64,000 nucleotides of DNA from Cetorhinus maximus (GCF_964194155.1 NC_135884.1:46500001-46564000); one strand, 5' to 3'; numbered from the stretch's first letter, positions 1-14,060 are shown. A program made the numbers and translations. The notes: a model not told the origin generated them from the sequence alone.

Positions 1-3000
1 ATTGGTTGGACATTCCCTGAGATGAAAAGGAATGACACTGAGGGACAGGAGGACTGCGGCCATCTCCCCTTGCCTTCAATTTATGCCTCCTGGAATCTGG
101 CAGTGATTAAAGTGTCATGGGCACATCTCCCATGTCTTGCTTCCTTTTTGGCATTGTGATCTTCAAACTGACCCTCATCACCCTCTTGAGGTTCCTGGGC
201 TCCCTGATCTTCATCCTCCGAATAGCTCTCATCCTGCTCCATTTCATCCTTTAGCAGGGGTTCAGCTCTTGGCATTGCCAGATTGTGAAGGGTGCAACAC
301 ACTGCGATGATGTGGGAAACCCTGTCAGAAGTGTATTGGAGTGAGCCACCTGAGCAGTCCAAGCATCTGAAGTACATCTTCAAAAGCCCAGTGGTCTGCT
401 CGATAGGGGAGCGTGTGGAGCTGTGAGTAGAGTTGTACCTCTCCTCGGACAGACTCTGAGGGTGGCCACCAGTGTCATCAGCCAGGGTTTCAGTGGGTGC
501 CCCTTATCCCCAAGCATCCATCCCTGTAGATGTTCAGGCCCTTCAAAAACCTCAGGCACCTGGGAGTGACTCAGAATGTAGGAGTCATGGCAACTCCCAG
601 GGTACCTGGCACAGATGTGCAGTATGTGCTTCTGATGATCACACACCAGTTGTACATTGTTGAAATGGTTGCCCTTGCAGTTTATGAACATTAGGGGCTG
701 CTGCCCCGGAGCTCTTAAAGCCACATGGGTACAGTCGATTTCACCCTGCACTCTTAGGAAGCCTGGGAGAAATGCAAAGCTGATGAATCTCGCAGCCTGG
801 CTATCTTCATCCAGAGTAAACATCACATAGTGATGTGTCTTCGTGTAAAGGGCATCTGTGATCTCGATGCATCTATGTATTGTTGACTGCGAGATGTTGC
901 ACAGGTCCCCTGTGTCTCCCTGGAATGACCCACAAAGAAATTGAGCGCAGTGGTCACCTTTAAAGCCACTGGCAGGGGATGCCCTCCCACTCCATGGGAC
1001 ATCAGGTCTTCATGAAAAATCTGGCAGATGTGATCTACCAAAACTCGGGACACGCACAGATGTGCCTGGCATTGTCTCTCACTCATTTGTAAATAGGAGA
1101 ACCTTCTTTGGTATAGCTTTGGCCTGGCAATTAGCCTCTGTGGTCTGGGTCTCTCCTCCTGACCCTCCTGTTCATGCTCTGGCTCCCCTTGACCCTGGAG
1201 ATCAGGCGGGGTCTCCTCCTGGAGCTGCGCTTGGTATCACCTTTCCCCCCTTCACCTCCTCCATTGCATTAGGACCCTCAAAAAGGCAGCATTGAGCCCT
1301 GGGTCCATTTCTGCTTTGACCTTGTCTCTGAAATGCAGCTTTGCAGATATTAATGAGGAATGGTCCTAGATATTGAAGCTCACAACCTGTTACCAATAGT
1401 AACTGTGATGGTCTACAGCGGTTTCTGTCCTACTTGCATTGTACCTGATGCTGCCTTGTCGTTGAGTCGCTCCCACCCACACTGAGGTGACCAAGATGTC
1501 ATCCCAGAAACGTTACACTTGAATCCCTCATTGCTATTTTGGGAGGTTTGAATGACAAGTGCTACCTAACCTGGCTCAGTGCTCCAATCTCTCCTCTAGC
1601 ATTCTAATGAACGAGAAGTTGCTCCTGATTAATGACTGGCTGCCCTTTGCCCTGTCAGGAATGCAATTCCGGAAAGCACATAAGTGGCCTCCATTAATGC
1701 AATGCCATGTATGCTGCATCTGTGCCTCTTTACCAATTGCCTGCCTTCCTAAATTTTACATTCCGATGTCTTAGCATTGATATGCTGCGAATGTTGTGTG
1801 TCAAGCCATCAGGTTATGTGTATCCCTCTTTCAGTGCTGGTAAAGGTTTATACGATGTGAAGGTAGAGCTCCTCCTGTTATTCTCCAGCCTCCCCCAGTA
1901 ATACTGGATCCCATTGTTGTTGTGGTCAAATTTCCTACCCTCCCCCCTGAGCCCATCACTGCTGATGTGCACATGCCCATGCCCCATGTGCACCTGTACC
2001 CTCCTTATCTAGAAGCTGTATACACAGTCACCTACCAAGATGAACCCCGCCCCCCACCCCACTCCCCCCATTGGAAAGCTTCACGTAACCACACTGACCC
2101 TTTTTTATGTGTTCCCCAAATACAGGCTGCAGATGCCTCCCATCACAATCACCACACCATCTGCAGCCCAGTACAAGGCAAGCCAATGGACAGTGGCTGT
2201 GAACCTGCCCTGCACACCAAGCTGTGCATTATTCTGACTGAGTACACAGCCCTTGCCCCTCCCTGGAGTGGGAGTGCACCATGCTCCCAACGATTACTCC
2301 TGCAGCATGCCCAGCACTGTCTCCACTCTCTGCCTGTTGACCGTGAGGTCCACACAACCCGGGGACTGTCTCCACTCTGACTCTTGACTGCGAGCCACAG
2401 ACCAACGACTTTGCCCTTCACTGAATTCCCCATTGCCCTCAGGATGAAGACTACACTGTCTCCCTTCCAAACCTTCCCTCCTCCACCCCTCCCACTTATG
2501 AGTCTGCATGCGACCCATCCTCCTTGTGGCATACTAGCAACTCCCCTCCCTTTCCTATCTGAGAGTCTGCATTCATCCCCTCCCATTCATACATGTGGTA
2601 TGCCTTTCACCCCCTTGTTTGTCAGCATTTCAGTTATCCTTGACGGGCTCCAGCTTCCCATTCCTCAGTCTACCCTTTGCCTCCCATTGTTCCCCCTCCT
2701 CCTCCACCTCATTGCAAAGCCTTCCTGCCCCTCTGCCTTCCATCATGCCCCCTTCTCCACCCCCCAGCCCCTTGCAAAGTTTTCCTTCACCATTGCCCCA
2801 CTGTGTTCACCCTTCCCCACCACCAACCTCCCAGCCTCTCCCAATTCCTTCCCCGGTCGAAATGCTGGTTTCTGAATGCTCAGTCCTGTATGAGCACCGC
2901 TGCACAGTGCTGTCCTTCTGGGCAACGGCAGCACCCACCGGGAGCAGACCACCCCTAAACCCCACCCCGGTCGCATTACCAGTCAATGTCTGGAAGGTGA

Positions 3001-3456
3001 GTCCTGCCTGAGTACCATTGCACAGTAGTGACTATGGAGGCAAACACCGGCAGCAGACTAGCCCTCCAGCACCAACAGTGTGGCATTCCACTGCGTCTCA
3101 CAATGAGACCAGCACAGCACTACTGAGGTAGACTATATATGTTGCACTCACCTCAAAGTCATGAGTGAAATGAGGTCCAACATGTGCCCGCTGCCCTTTT
3201 TCAAATGAGAATCAGACCGACATGACACATGATTGGAAGGCTGCACTTGATTCCGGCGAGAAGCTAATTTAATGAGCATTCATGAGGTGGTAATGATTAC
3301 AAATGGTGATGCCGCCATTACACAGCGAGATATCCAACCTGTTCCCACCATCAGGAGAATCGTAAAATATTTTTACGCCAACGGGTTTCTGATTTTTTGG
3401 CTCCTGTTAGATTTTCCGTTTTCGCCTGGCACCAGCGAGATGGGAAAATTCCGCCC
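1..3456 (-). mobile_element. PIF/Harbinger DNA transposon, decayed; left end probably outside the window
   Basis: HARBI1-like transposase remnants at 81-1086. A right-end TIR-like sequence, GGGAAAATTCCGCCC, ends at 3456 (GGGC-type terminus shared with MITEs in this window). Confidence 0.75.
81..1086 (-). pseudogene. Harbinger (HARBI1-like, DDE_Tnp_4) transposase, frameshifted over three ORFs
   Basis: Motifs LPVALKVTTALNFF, GEIDCTHV, NVQLVCD, YPGSCHDSYIL, WMLGDKGHPL, IEQTTGLLKMYFRCLD and IIAVCCTLHN are spread across ORFs 823-1086, 380-826 and 81-383. Confidence 0.93.
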
Positions 3457-3724
3457 ACAGTATCAGTTTAAATGTGTTAATTAAAAAGCAACTATTGGTC
3501 TTGTATGCAAGGTCACTAAGGTCATAATGCACTTATCAACGTAAAATGTAATAGGTCAAAAAATGTTCAAACAAGGAATTGACAGGCCCTCAGTCCCACC
3601 AATGCCTGTACATGACAGATTAACCCCAGTCCTTTTGTAATGGAAACTCAGGTGGTTGTGCATCTAAGCAGCACTAGCCTCACAAATCCCAACCCCAAAT
3701 ATTAGAGATGGAAAATCCAAAGGT

Positions 3725-4618
3725 CCAGACACCAGCACAACCTCAGCTCCAGACACCGGCACAACCTCAGCTCCAGACACCGGCACAAACTTAATTCCAG
3801 ACACCGGCACAACCTCAGCTCCAGACACCGGCACAACCTCAGCTCCAGACACCGGCACAACCTCAGCTCCAGACACCAGCACAACCTCAGCTCCAGACAC
3901 CGGCACAACCTCAGTTCCAGACACCAGCACAACCTCAGCTCCAGACACCAGCACAAACTTAATTCCAGACACCGGCACAACCTTAGCTCCAGACACCGGC
4001 ACAACCTCACTTCCAGACACCAGCACAACCTTAGCTCCAGTCACAGGCACAACCTCAGCTCCAGACACCAGCACAACCTCAGCTCCAGACACCGGCACAA
4101 CCTCAGTTCCAGACACCAGCACAACCTTAGCTCCAGACACCGGCACAACCTCAGCTCCAGACACCAGCACAACCTCAGCTCCAGACACCAGCGTAATCTC
4201 AGCTCCAGACACCGGCACAACCTCAGCTCCAGACACCGGCACAATCTCAGCTCCAGACACCGGCACAACCTCAGCTCCAGACACCGGCACAACCTCAGCT
4301 CCAGACACCAGCACAACCTCAGCTCCAGTCACAGGCACAACCTCAGCTCCAGACACCGGCACAACCTCAGCTCCAGACACCGGCACAACCTCAGCTCCAG
4401 TCACCAGCACAACCTCAGCTCCAGACACCGGCACAACCTCAGCTCCAGTCACCAGCACAACCTCAGCTCCAGACACCAGCACAACCTCAGCTCCAGACAC
4501 CAGCACAACCCCAGCTCCAGTCACAGGCACAACCTCAGCTCCAGACACCGGCACAACCTCAGCTCCAGACACCGGCACAACTTCAGCTCCAGTCACCAGC
4601 ATAATCTCAGTTCCAGAT
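3725..4618. repeat. 24-bp minisatellite (CCAGACACCGGCACAACCTCAGCT)n, about 37 units
   Basis: Tandem repeat visible directly; it produces the 8-aa periodic ORFs (VVPVSGAE). Confidence 0.97.
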
Positions 4619-5834
4619 CAGCCAGCTGAGACACCAGGTTCTTTCTTCACATCTCTTTCCAGCATCAGTGAAGGCACTGATTCACATGTTGGCAATTAAT
4701 GTCTCCAATTAATTTGGTGACGCTGCTTGCTATGTATGTATAAACAGATCCATACCAATGGGCAGCCCTAGGACAGAACAAACCACTGCATACTCATTCA
4801 ATTAGACTTGATGGCCTCTCTCACAGGCTTGCTCATTGATGTGGTCTTTGATTGCCCAAGTGTACATTGTGCAAATTGATATACAGTGTGCAGGAGTCCC
4901 TTCATAACCTGAGAGACACCATATCTCTGAGTTAATACCAGCCTCATTCACATTTGTGTCTATTATTATGAATCATATCATAAATCATGACACTTCATAT
5001 TTAACAGGTTTGAATAACACATTTAACAAAGGAATGAAGGAACAATGATTGCCACACTCTTAGCTCCTTCAAAACCTGTATTAGTCCTGAAGCATTTCAT
5101 TTAACTCATTGGATACACTATTTATATATACATTATATATAAATATATAAGAGAGAGAGATAGAGAGCACCTTGGTATCAGAAGGGTAAGATCATAGCAA
5201 CAGTAGGTGCATGCTTTTTATAACAATCTAATGATACATAATAGCCTCATAATGTAAAACAATGCAAAGTCAATATATACATTAAATTCAGAGGGGATGG
5301 GAAACTTGGTAATAATTTGAATTCTATCTGACAGGAATAATGAGGCTGATGTCAACCAGGCAATAACAAACTGAAATGCTGTAAAACCTAGCATTACTCA
5401 ATATGCATACAAGTGGATTTAACTGTTTCCTTCCTTTGGTTTGTTTCCCTTTGCTTTCTACACACTGTTCTTACCTCCCTGAATGTTTCTGTTTTTGTTC
5501 TTTCGCAGCTAGGAGGACATCATCCTATTAACTCTTCATCTCTAGAGACTTACAGCACAGAAGGCCGGTCAGGGCGATCCAAAACTAATCCTTTGGGCCA
5601 GGTCTCTCACCACAGCCGTGTAACTTTCTCTGCACCAAATACTTATCCACTGTTCCGTTAAAATATACAGTGGGTTTGGCCTCAACAACTCCCTGTAGCA
5701 AAGCAATACATGTTCCAACAACCCTCGATAAAAAGGGATGTGGGTGTCACTGGCTAATCTGGCATTTATTGCCCATCCCTAAGAGCCCTTGAGAAGGTGA
5801 TGGTGAGCTGCCTCCTTGAACTGCTGCAGTCCAT

Positions 5835-6520
5835 GGGCAAAATTTTTACCACGGTGGGTAGGCGCGCGCCCAGACCGCTCAAGCGTAAAATGACGCGCGT
5901 TGGCGTCAGGCGAGTGTCCCAACGTCAACACACAGTCGCACGATATTTCAGTCGGCAAGCATGTGCAGGAATCAACAGTGTACCCACCCACAATTAAAAG
6001 GCCTGTTAAGGCCATTAAAGTCTCAATTAACTTACATTTTTCACTGCCTGTCCAACCTTACAGTTGGCGGGCAGGCGAAAAGGCCAAGCGGCCTTTGCAC
6101 TTTTTAGGAAACCTCATCCATGGGCAGGATGAGGTTTCCAAAAGCAAATAAAAATTAAAATTTTTTAATTTAATTAACAACATGTCTCTGCTCATGTAGC
6201 AGAGTCACATGAGGGGACATGTTTTATAACATTTTTCAATTCTTTATTATCTTTTTTGAAAATTCTTCATCTCCTTGAGGCAGTTCTGTGCCTCAGGGAG
6301 ATTCTCAAGTGCGCACTTGCGCACATGCGTGAAGTTTGCGATCACCCTGCTCGCCCTCCTTCCCCAAACAAGCAGCGCTGCTCACGTTTCAAGCTGGGTG
6401 GGCCCTAATTGGCCGGCCAGTGTGAAATCACCTTCCAGCCTCGATTGCGAGCGGCAGTTGGCTTCCCAATCGCCCCCACCCACCCCACTGAGCCTGCCCA
6501 ACGAGGGCTAAATTCTGCCC
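5835..6520. mobile_element. Non-autonomous Harbinger-type MITE (~686 bp) nested in the LINE
   Basis: TIRs GGGCAAAATTT...AAATTCTGCCC. Internal hairpin GAAACCTCATCC-n-GGATGAGGTTTC. An inverted homolog lies at 26385-27022. Confidence 0.85.
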
Positions 6521-7326
6521 ATATGTTATAAGAACACCTACAGTACTGTTAGGGAGGGAGTTTCAGGATTTTGACCCAGTGACAGTGAAGGAATGGTGAT
6601 ATAGTTCCAAGGCAGGATGGTGTGTGAGATGGGGAACTTGCAGGTGGTGGTGTTCCCATGCATCTGCTGTCCTTGTCCTTCTAGGTGGTAGAGGGCGCAG
6701 GTTTAGAAGGTGCTGTCTAAGGAGCCTTGGTGAGTTGCCGTAGTATATCTTGTAAATAGTACACAATACTGCCACTGTGCGTTGGTAGTGGAGGGAGTGA
6801 ATGTTGAACGTAGTGGATGGGGTGCCAGTCAAGTCGGCTGCTTTGTCCTGGGTGGTGTCGAGTTTCTTGAGTGTTGTTGGAGCTGCACTCATACAGGCAA
6901 CTGGAGAGTATTCCATCACACTCCTGAGTTGTGACTTGTAGATGGTGGACGGGCTTTGGGGAGTCAGGAGTTACTCGTTGCAGGATTCCTAGCCTCTGAT
7001 CTGCTCTTGTAGCCACAGGATTTATATGGCTAGTCCAGTTCAGTTTCTGGGCAATGGTAACCCCCAGGATGTTTGATAGTGGGGGATTAAGTGATGGTAA
7101 TGCCATTGAACATCAAGGGGCAATGATTAGATGCTCTCTTGTTGGAGCTGGTCATGCCTGGCACTTGGGGAGCATGATTATTACTTTCCACTTATTAGGC
7201 CAAGCCTGGACATTGTCCAGGTCTTGCTGCATATGGACATTGAGTGCTTCAGTATCTGAGGAGTCACGGATGGTGCTGAACATTGTGCAATCATCCACAA
7301 ACATCCCCACTTCTCTCCTTATGATG

Positions 7327-8210
7327 GGAGGAGGATGCAGAGATGCTTCAGGGTGATTTGGGCAAACTGAGGGAGTGGGTAAATGCATGGCAGATGCAAT
7401 ATAATGTGGATAAATGTGAGGTTATCCACTTTGGTAGCAAAAACAGGAAGGCAGATTATTATCTGAATGGCTTTAAATTGAGAGAGGGGAATATGCAATG
7501 AGACCTGGGTGTCCTTCTACACCAGTCGCTGAAGGTAAGCATGCAGGTGCAGCAGGCGGTAAAGAAGGCAAATGGTATGTTGGCCTTCATAGTGAGAGGA
7601 GTTGAGTACAGGAGCAGGGATGTTTTGCTGCAATTAACAGGGCCTTGGTGAGACCACACTTGGAATATTGGGTGCAGTTTTGGTCTCCTTATCTGAGGAA
7701 GGATGTTCTTAGAGGGAGTATAGTGAAGGTTTACCAGATTAATTCCTGGGATGGCGGGACTGACATATGAGGAGAGATGAGTCAGTTAGAATTATAATTG
7801 CTGGAGTTCAGAAGAATGAGGGGGGATCGCATAGAAACCTATAAAATTCTAACAGGACTAGACAGAGTAGATGCAGGAAGGATGTTCCTGATGGTGGGGG
7901 AGTCCAGAGCCAGAAATCACAGCCTGAGGATATGGGGTAGACCAGTTAGGACTGAGATGAGGAGAAATTTCTTCACCCAGAGAGTGGTGAGCCTGTGGAA
8001 TTCGCTACCACAGAAAGTAGTGAAGGACAAAACATTGTATGTTTTCAAGAAAGAGTTATATATAGCTCTTGGGGCGAAAGGGATCAAAGGATATGGGGAG
8101 AAAGCGGGAGCAGGCTATTGAGTCGGATGATCAGCCATGATCAAAATGAATGGTGGAGCAGGCTCGAAAGGCTGAATGGCCTACTCCTGCTCCTAGTTTC
8201 TATGTTTCTG
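7327..8210 (+). mobile_element. 5'-truncated CR1 LINE nested in the HER1-like LINE
   Basis: CR1 ORF2 C-terminus (RRMRGDRIETYKIL, FFTQRVVSLWNSLP) and a TTTCTATG-type tail. Flanking duplication TTATGATG at 7319-7326 and 8211-8218. Confidence 0.9.
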
Positions 8211-10649
8211 TTATGATGATGGGGAGATCATTGATGAAATATTTGGAGATGGTTGGGCCAAGGGTACTACCCTGAGGAACTCCTGAAACGATGTCTCTGG
8301 ATTGAGATGATTGACTTCCAACAATCAGAACCACTTTCCTTTGTGCTAGGTATGACCTCAACCAGTGGCGAGTTTTCCCCCTGATTCCCATTGACTCCAA
8401 TTTTGCTAAGGCTCCTTGATGCCACACTCGGTCAAATGCTGCCTTGATGTCAAGAGCAGCCCCTCTCACCTCACCTCTGGAGTTTAGCTCTTTTGTTCAT
8501 GTTAGCACCAAAGCTGTAATAAGGTCAGAAGCTGAGTAGCCCTGGTGGAACCCAAACGGAGCGTAAATGAGCAGGTTATTGCTGAGTAAGTGCTGCTTGA
8601 TAGCACTGTCGACGACACTTTCCTAATTCTTTGTCTCACTCTCTGTGATTGTTTTGAATTGATGACTCTCCATTTCCCCAGCCAAAGAAAGTGGTATTTC
8701 TCTATTCAGTCTATCAAAACCCTTCATAACTTAAAAAAAAACCCATTAAATCTTCTTTTAACCTTCTATGTTCCAGTGCAAATAATCACAGTATTTCAAA
8801 TCTCTTCTTGTTGCCAAGGTTCTATGCTTTACACTCTCTAAGGCTTTATGTTCTTTTGATGATGAGTGCCCAAAACTACACATAGAGATCAACAATGACC
8901 TAACAAATTTCTTTTTATAAATTCATCATAATCAATTGCACTTTGATACACTCTGCCCCTGTTTATAAAATCCTCGTTCTGTTGAAAGCAGATGGGCTGA
9001 GCTGTTCTGCTCTCTGGTTACGAACCTGCAATTTCAAAATGAACGAGCTGAAAATGGAAATCCCAGGAACAATCCTCATTTTATTTTTATCTTTTTTCCC
9101 AGGCTTCAGAGCTGCAGAATTCCTTACCTCCCACCCCTACATTATCTGTACAGCTTTAAACCCTGAGCTTGGCATCATCTAATTACCACATGATTAATCT
9201 CCTCTTCTCTTCAGCTCTTTTCAACATTGGCAATCCCATTTCTACAGGCCTTGGTGCTTGATCTAGGTTTCTCAATCAAAAAGCCATTTTTTTTACACCA
9301 CAGGGGCATCAAGTTACAAGTATAGAAATTAAAAATCAATATAACCTGGAGAAATAGATGATTGCTTTCATTTAACAGATACAAACTGCAATGCTATCAA
9401 GTACACATGACAGTTAATGAAGAGTAAGAGCATTCTCAGATGTCTGATGGGTTATAATGTGCAATCACATGAAGCTCAGTTTGAGTATCCAGTGAGAGTT
9501 GTTGGGGAACTGCTTACCTGAGTGGCCCCGTGGGTGGTGACTGGAGGCAGACAGCAACTTGCAGCAAAGCATTAAAGCGGAGATGAGCAGCAGCCAGTGA
9601 GTGAGGAGCATCGATTTTGGACAGAATCTCATCCTGATAGAGAGAATAAAAATACAAGCAGAGAAAAACAAGTTGCAGCGATGTGGAAACGGATCAGCTA
9701 CATTTGAAACATCAATGCAAGCATCCAGGCCCCATTCATGGACAATGCATGGAGAAACTCAGGTGCATTTTCTCTCACTAATGCTCACCTCCTATGGAAA
9801 ATAAGAGTCAGAAGAAGGTTAACCAGTTCCCTGAAATTTATGTTAGTCCATCATGTGCCCACCGGCGCTGGAAGATGTGGGATCACGTCCACGACTCAGC
9901 ACTGGACAAGCTGCTGACCCCCATACTATCAGGGAAGGTACCTGCCTTCTGTTCTCCAGATTCTCACCAGGAAGGAGGAAGAACTTCATACCTAGCTATT
10001 CTGGCGCACTCTTCAGTTACAGAGGGGCAGTAGCCTCGGAGCAGCTGACCCACCCTAAAGAAGACTCAAGGAGACTAATGAAGGGGGAAGAGTATATCTG
10101 TGAGAAAACTTACAAAGGAAAGGGACTATATAAATCAGCTTGTGGAATGATGATATAAAAGATTTTGTTATGTTTTGATGAATTAGCTCACACACATTAA
10201 AGATTAAGACGGGATAGGACAATTTCTTGACATTCCTTGGCAGAGGATCAGCTTACATCAAGCAGGGAGAGTGAGTTGAGGTCAGACTGGGTACTAAAAG
10301 TGGGTGAGATTCAGGTAATGGATGGTGTTAATCTGCGCAGGGGGGAGCAATCAATTGATCTTTAGAATTACTACCATTTTCAATCACAGCAAAGTGAATA
10401 AGTATGCATTTCTGTTGAAAATCAGCAGTAGCTCCATTCAATCACATAAAAACCTCTTCAGATGTAGATAAAGGTCCTTTATTTTACAGACTTCTGTGTG
10501 CAATTTGCCAATTGAACTAGTTAGTTATTGTTGCAGCTGAAGGATGAACTCAAAATGAGGACGCAGAAGAGGAAATCCTGAATTCTAGCAGCAGAATTTT
10601 CAGTACAGCTGCGCCTATTGATAAACAGTCAGAGAACACCTCCATATCC

Positions 10650-12520
10650 TATCAGGAGGCCCAACCAACCCCATCCATCACCACTCTCCCACACCTGGCT
10701 GAACTTGTTTTCAGATTGAACAATCCTTCACTCCACTCATTTCCTCCAAATAAACCTCCAGATGGGTCCTAGCTATGCCTGCCTATTTGTGAGATATGTG
10801 GAACATTCTTTGTTACAGTTCTGTTCGGGCCTCCTCCCTCACCTCTTTTTCCAGTACATTGATGACTATATCGGTGCCATTTCCTACTCTCAGCCTGAAC
10901 TGGAAGATTTCATTGACTTTGTCTCCTTCTCTCATCTTCACGTGGTGCATCTCTAACCTTTCCCTTCCTTTCCTTGACATCTGTCTCCATTTCTGGCTAT
11001 AGGCTATCAATGAATATTCACTATAAGCCCACTGATTCCCACAGCTACCTCGATGACAGTTCATTACACCCCACTTTCTGTAAGGAATCCATTCCATTCT
11101 CCCAGTTTCTCCATCTCCAATGCATCTGTTCAGATGACGCAACCTTTCATTCTAGCACTTCCAATATGTTTTACATTTTCCTCAACCAAGAATTCACCCC
11201 ACCATGATTGACAGGCCCCTCCACTGTGTCCATTCTATTTCATGTACTTCTGCTCTCACCTCTTCCTCTCCCTCTCAGAACCATGATAGAATTTCCCATA
11301 TCCTCACCTTCTACCCCACCAGCCTCCGTATTCAACAGATCATCTCATCTGCCATTTCCGCCGCCTCTACCGTGACACCACCACCCAGCACGTCTTCCCA
11401 TCTCTTCCACTTTCAGCATTCAGAAGGGACCATTCGCTCCATGACACCCTGGTCCACTCCTCAGTCACCCACAACAACCCATCCTTTTCCTATAGAACCT
11501 TTCCATGCAAGTGCAGGAGATGCAACAGATGTCTTTTTAACTCCTCCATTCTCACCAACCAAACACCCCTTAGATGAAACAGTGATTTATTTGAGCTTCT
11601 TTCAATTTAGTTTGCTGTATTCACTGCTCATAATGCTGTCCCCCCTACATTAGGGAGACCAAGCACAAACTGGATGACCACTTTGTGGAACACCTCCATT
11701 CAGTCCGCAAAAATGTTCCTGAGCTTCCAGTCACCTCCCATTTTAATTCTCCACCCTGCTCCCATTCTGACCTCTCTGTCCTTGGTCTGCTGCAGAGTCC
11801 CAATGAGACTTAACACAAGCTTGAGGAACAGAACTTCATTTTTGACTGGGCACTTTACAGCCTCCTGGACTCAACATTAAATATAACAATTGGAGGTCGT
11901 AACCTCTGCTTCAATTTTGTTGTATTTTTCTTTGATGGTTTGGATTTTCTTCTCTCTAGTACTCACTTATTTCTTCTACTTTGCTTTCAGATGACAGCCA
12001 TTCAGGATCCTCTAGGCATATCTTTTGTTTCTTTACTTATCCCATAACCATTTTAAATTCTCTTCCCCAGAAAGCAGTGGAGACTGGGCTATTGAATTTA
12101 TTCAAGGCTGAGTTAGACAGGTTTTTGATAGACAAGGAAGTCCAGGGTTATAGGACAGACAGAAAAGTGAAGTTTAGACCACAATCAGATCAGCCATAAT
12201 CTTATCGAATGGCGGAGCAGACTCAAAGGGCCAAATGGCCTACTCCTGCTCCTAAGTCCTATGTTCCTATGTACCTGTTGACCTTGCACCGTGAATCCTT
12301 CTGTTATTTAATCTCTTCTTTGTTCTACCATATCACATATCTTTCCTTTTGTTCTTTCTCCTATCCTCCCCTCTTTCACTTATTCAAAGCCTAATACATT
12401 TCCAACTTTCCTCAGTTCTGATTAAAGGTCACAGACCTCAAGCGTCTACTCTGTTTCTCTCTCCATAAAATGCTGCCAGACCTGCTGAGCGTTTCCAGTA
12501 TTTTCTGTTTTTATTTCACA
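10650..12520 (+). mobile_element. Penelope-like retroelement fragment (RT, GIY-YIG endonuclease and 3' tail), with a CR1 3' piece inserted at ~12045-12272
   Basis: MGPSYACLFV, FFQYIDDYIG, IHYKPTDSHSYL and SIPFSQF motifs; a YIRETKHKLDDHFVEHL GIY-YIG remnant near 11650; tail ...GATGCTGCC.GACCTGCTGAG..TTTCCAG. Confidence 0.88.
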
Positions 12521-13854
12521 GAACACCCAGGTCCTCCTCTGCCTAAGTCATTGCAGCAGTAGCTCCACATTCTTATAAAGTACTACCCAATTCCCTTTCC
12601 TCTCTTTCTCTTCGTTCCCCCCAGCTTCTGCTTTGTGAACCCTGGGGCATCACAAACAGCATCGAGCCTCTATTCAATCAGTCGCAGATTGCTCCTCACT
12701 GTTGTATCCAAATGAGTGCAACAGATTGTGCCAGTTCACACCTCCAAGGTTTTTGCAACCATCGCTGAGCTTCCTCGATGCCTCTTGACACAATCCCATC
12801 AAAGTTAATCTAGGAAGGTCAGGCATGGGCAGAGGAGACAGCTGTTTTCTCAAGGTTGATAGTTAATTACCTTTGCTGGTCTGATTGAGGGGTTTAGCCA
12901 GCTAACCAAAGGCTATTGTCCAGCTGACCTTTTATCCCATATTTGGCTCTCCGGTTTTCTCCTCTTCTGAATGCATTGATTCATGCTGAAGTGCTTCGAC
13001 CATTACAGTCCAGTTCTCTGGCCCTCACATGGCCGTTCTTCATATGAGAACTTGGATAGTGAGTTTGGGCATGCCATTTCACCGTGAGGCAGCACAGCCG
13101 ATCTGATAATGCAGCCACCAGACATCTGCATGCATAGCGTGGAGCGGTGACTGGCTAGCATAGGTTGCATCATAGGCCAAAGACACAAAAGCCAGTTGCA
13201 GTGTCTTAAATACAGAAGTGACTAATATCAAAAACTCACCATGGACTAGGAATCGAATCAGGGATCTCCCTAAGCTGTAAAAGGCATTATGGTCTCTCCA
13301 TCTTCCCTCTCTGTTCAGGCCAACATTTTCTCATCCCTTGTGCCAATTCATTCTGCCACTTGACCTTTCCTTTATCTCACATTCTTCTCACCCCACCCTC
13401 ACTCCCTTTGTCTACATTGACATTGCTCTGCCTCTCCTTCCTTTCTTCCGACATCACTCTTTGTGCTCTTCTCCCTCCCAAATTTAAAACCAACAACTTC
13501 ATCCTACTTCACTGCAAGTCACGTCAGCACTGTCCTTCCTTCCCTCTCAGTTTCCATTGGAACGTTCTCCTTTCCCCCTTTATCACCCATGGCTGTTATC
13601 CAATGCTTATGCTGCGCTGGAGATGGAGCTCTGCTTTATGCTGTATGTGGGAATTCCTGAACTCTCAAGCTGTGACAAGAATTGTTGTCCAGACATATGA
13701 TAGAATTCCAGTGCTTGGAGCAGCAGCAGCATCAGAAATGAGTCAGGAACAGCGCTGATTGTCATCGCAAGCATACTGAAGCAGACACTGGCTTCAAAGC
13801 ATTATTCAAAACACATATGGTTGGAATGTTTGTAATCCACAACATATGTGCATT

Positions 13855-14060
13855 GTGAGGTTCACTTTCCACTCAAGCTGTAAAGTGCTTCAGCAGGAGG
13901 TCAGGCAGTGAAACAAGACCATGTTTGGCATGAAGCCGTGCAGACACTGCAAAGAAAGTAGCTCAGCAGCAGTGGCAGGAAATTGCCAAGACAGCAATTG
14001 CCAATATGGCCAAACCATACATGGCAGCTGAATGTCAGAGCAGGGAAGCTCAGAGGAGCA
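13855..14060 (+). pseudogene. Myb/SANT-like DNA-binding ORF remnant of a second Harbinger element
   Basis: Manual translation across a frameshift gives KVLQQEVRQ*NKTMFG...KKVAQQQWQEIAKTAIAN..KPYMAAECQ, matching the Myb_DNA-bind_5/NAIF1-like pattern. Confidence 0.6.

Larger units (their letters stand above)
5735..8620 (-). mobile_element. HER1/CR1-clade LINE 3' portion (RT and 3' tail), interrupted by a MITE and a second CR1
   Basis: RT fragments LDIKAAFDRVWHQG, GVPQGSTLGP (8200-8469) and MFVDDCTMF (7152-7388). The tail GGGATGGGCAATAAATGCC...CACATCCC is shared with HE1-type SINEs. Confidence 0.9.

Noticed and set aside
81-1086. Domesticated HARBI1 host gene
   Set aside because: It is frameshifted in at least two places and associated with a TIR, so it is a transposon copy.
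1922-3011. Pro/Ser-rich ORFs inside the Harbinger element
   Set aside because: C/T-rich low-complexity sequence with no convincing domain. A faint Myb-like resemblance on the minus strand at ~2150-2350 was too weak to call.
3664-4602. 312-aa minus-strand ORF (VVPVSGAE)n as a gene
   Set aside because: It lies almost entirely within the minisatellite, an in-frame stop sits just upstream, and no domain is recognisable.
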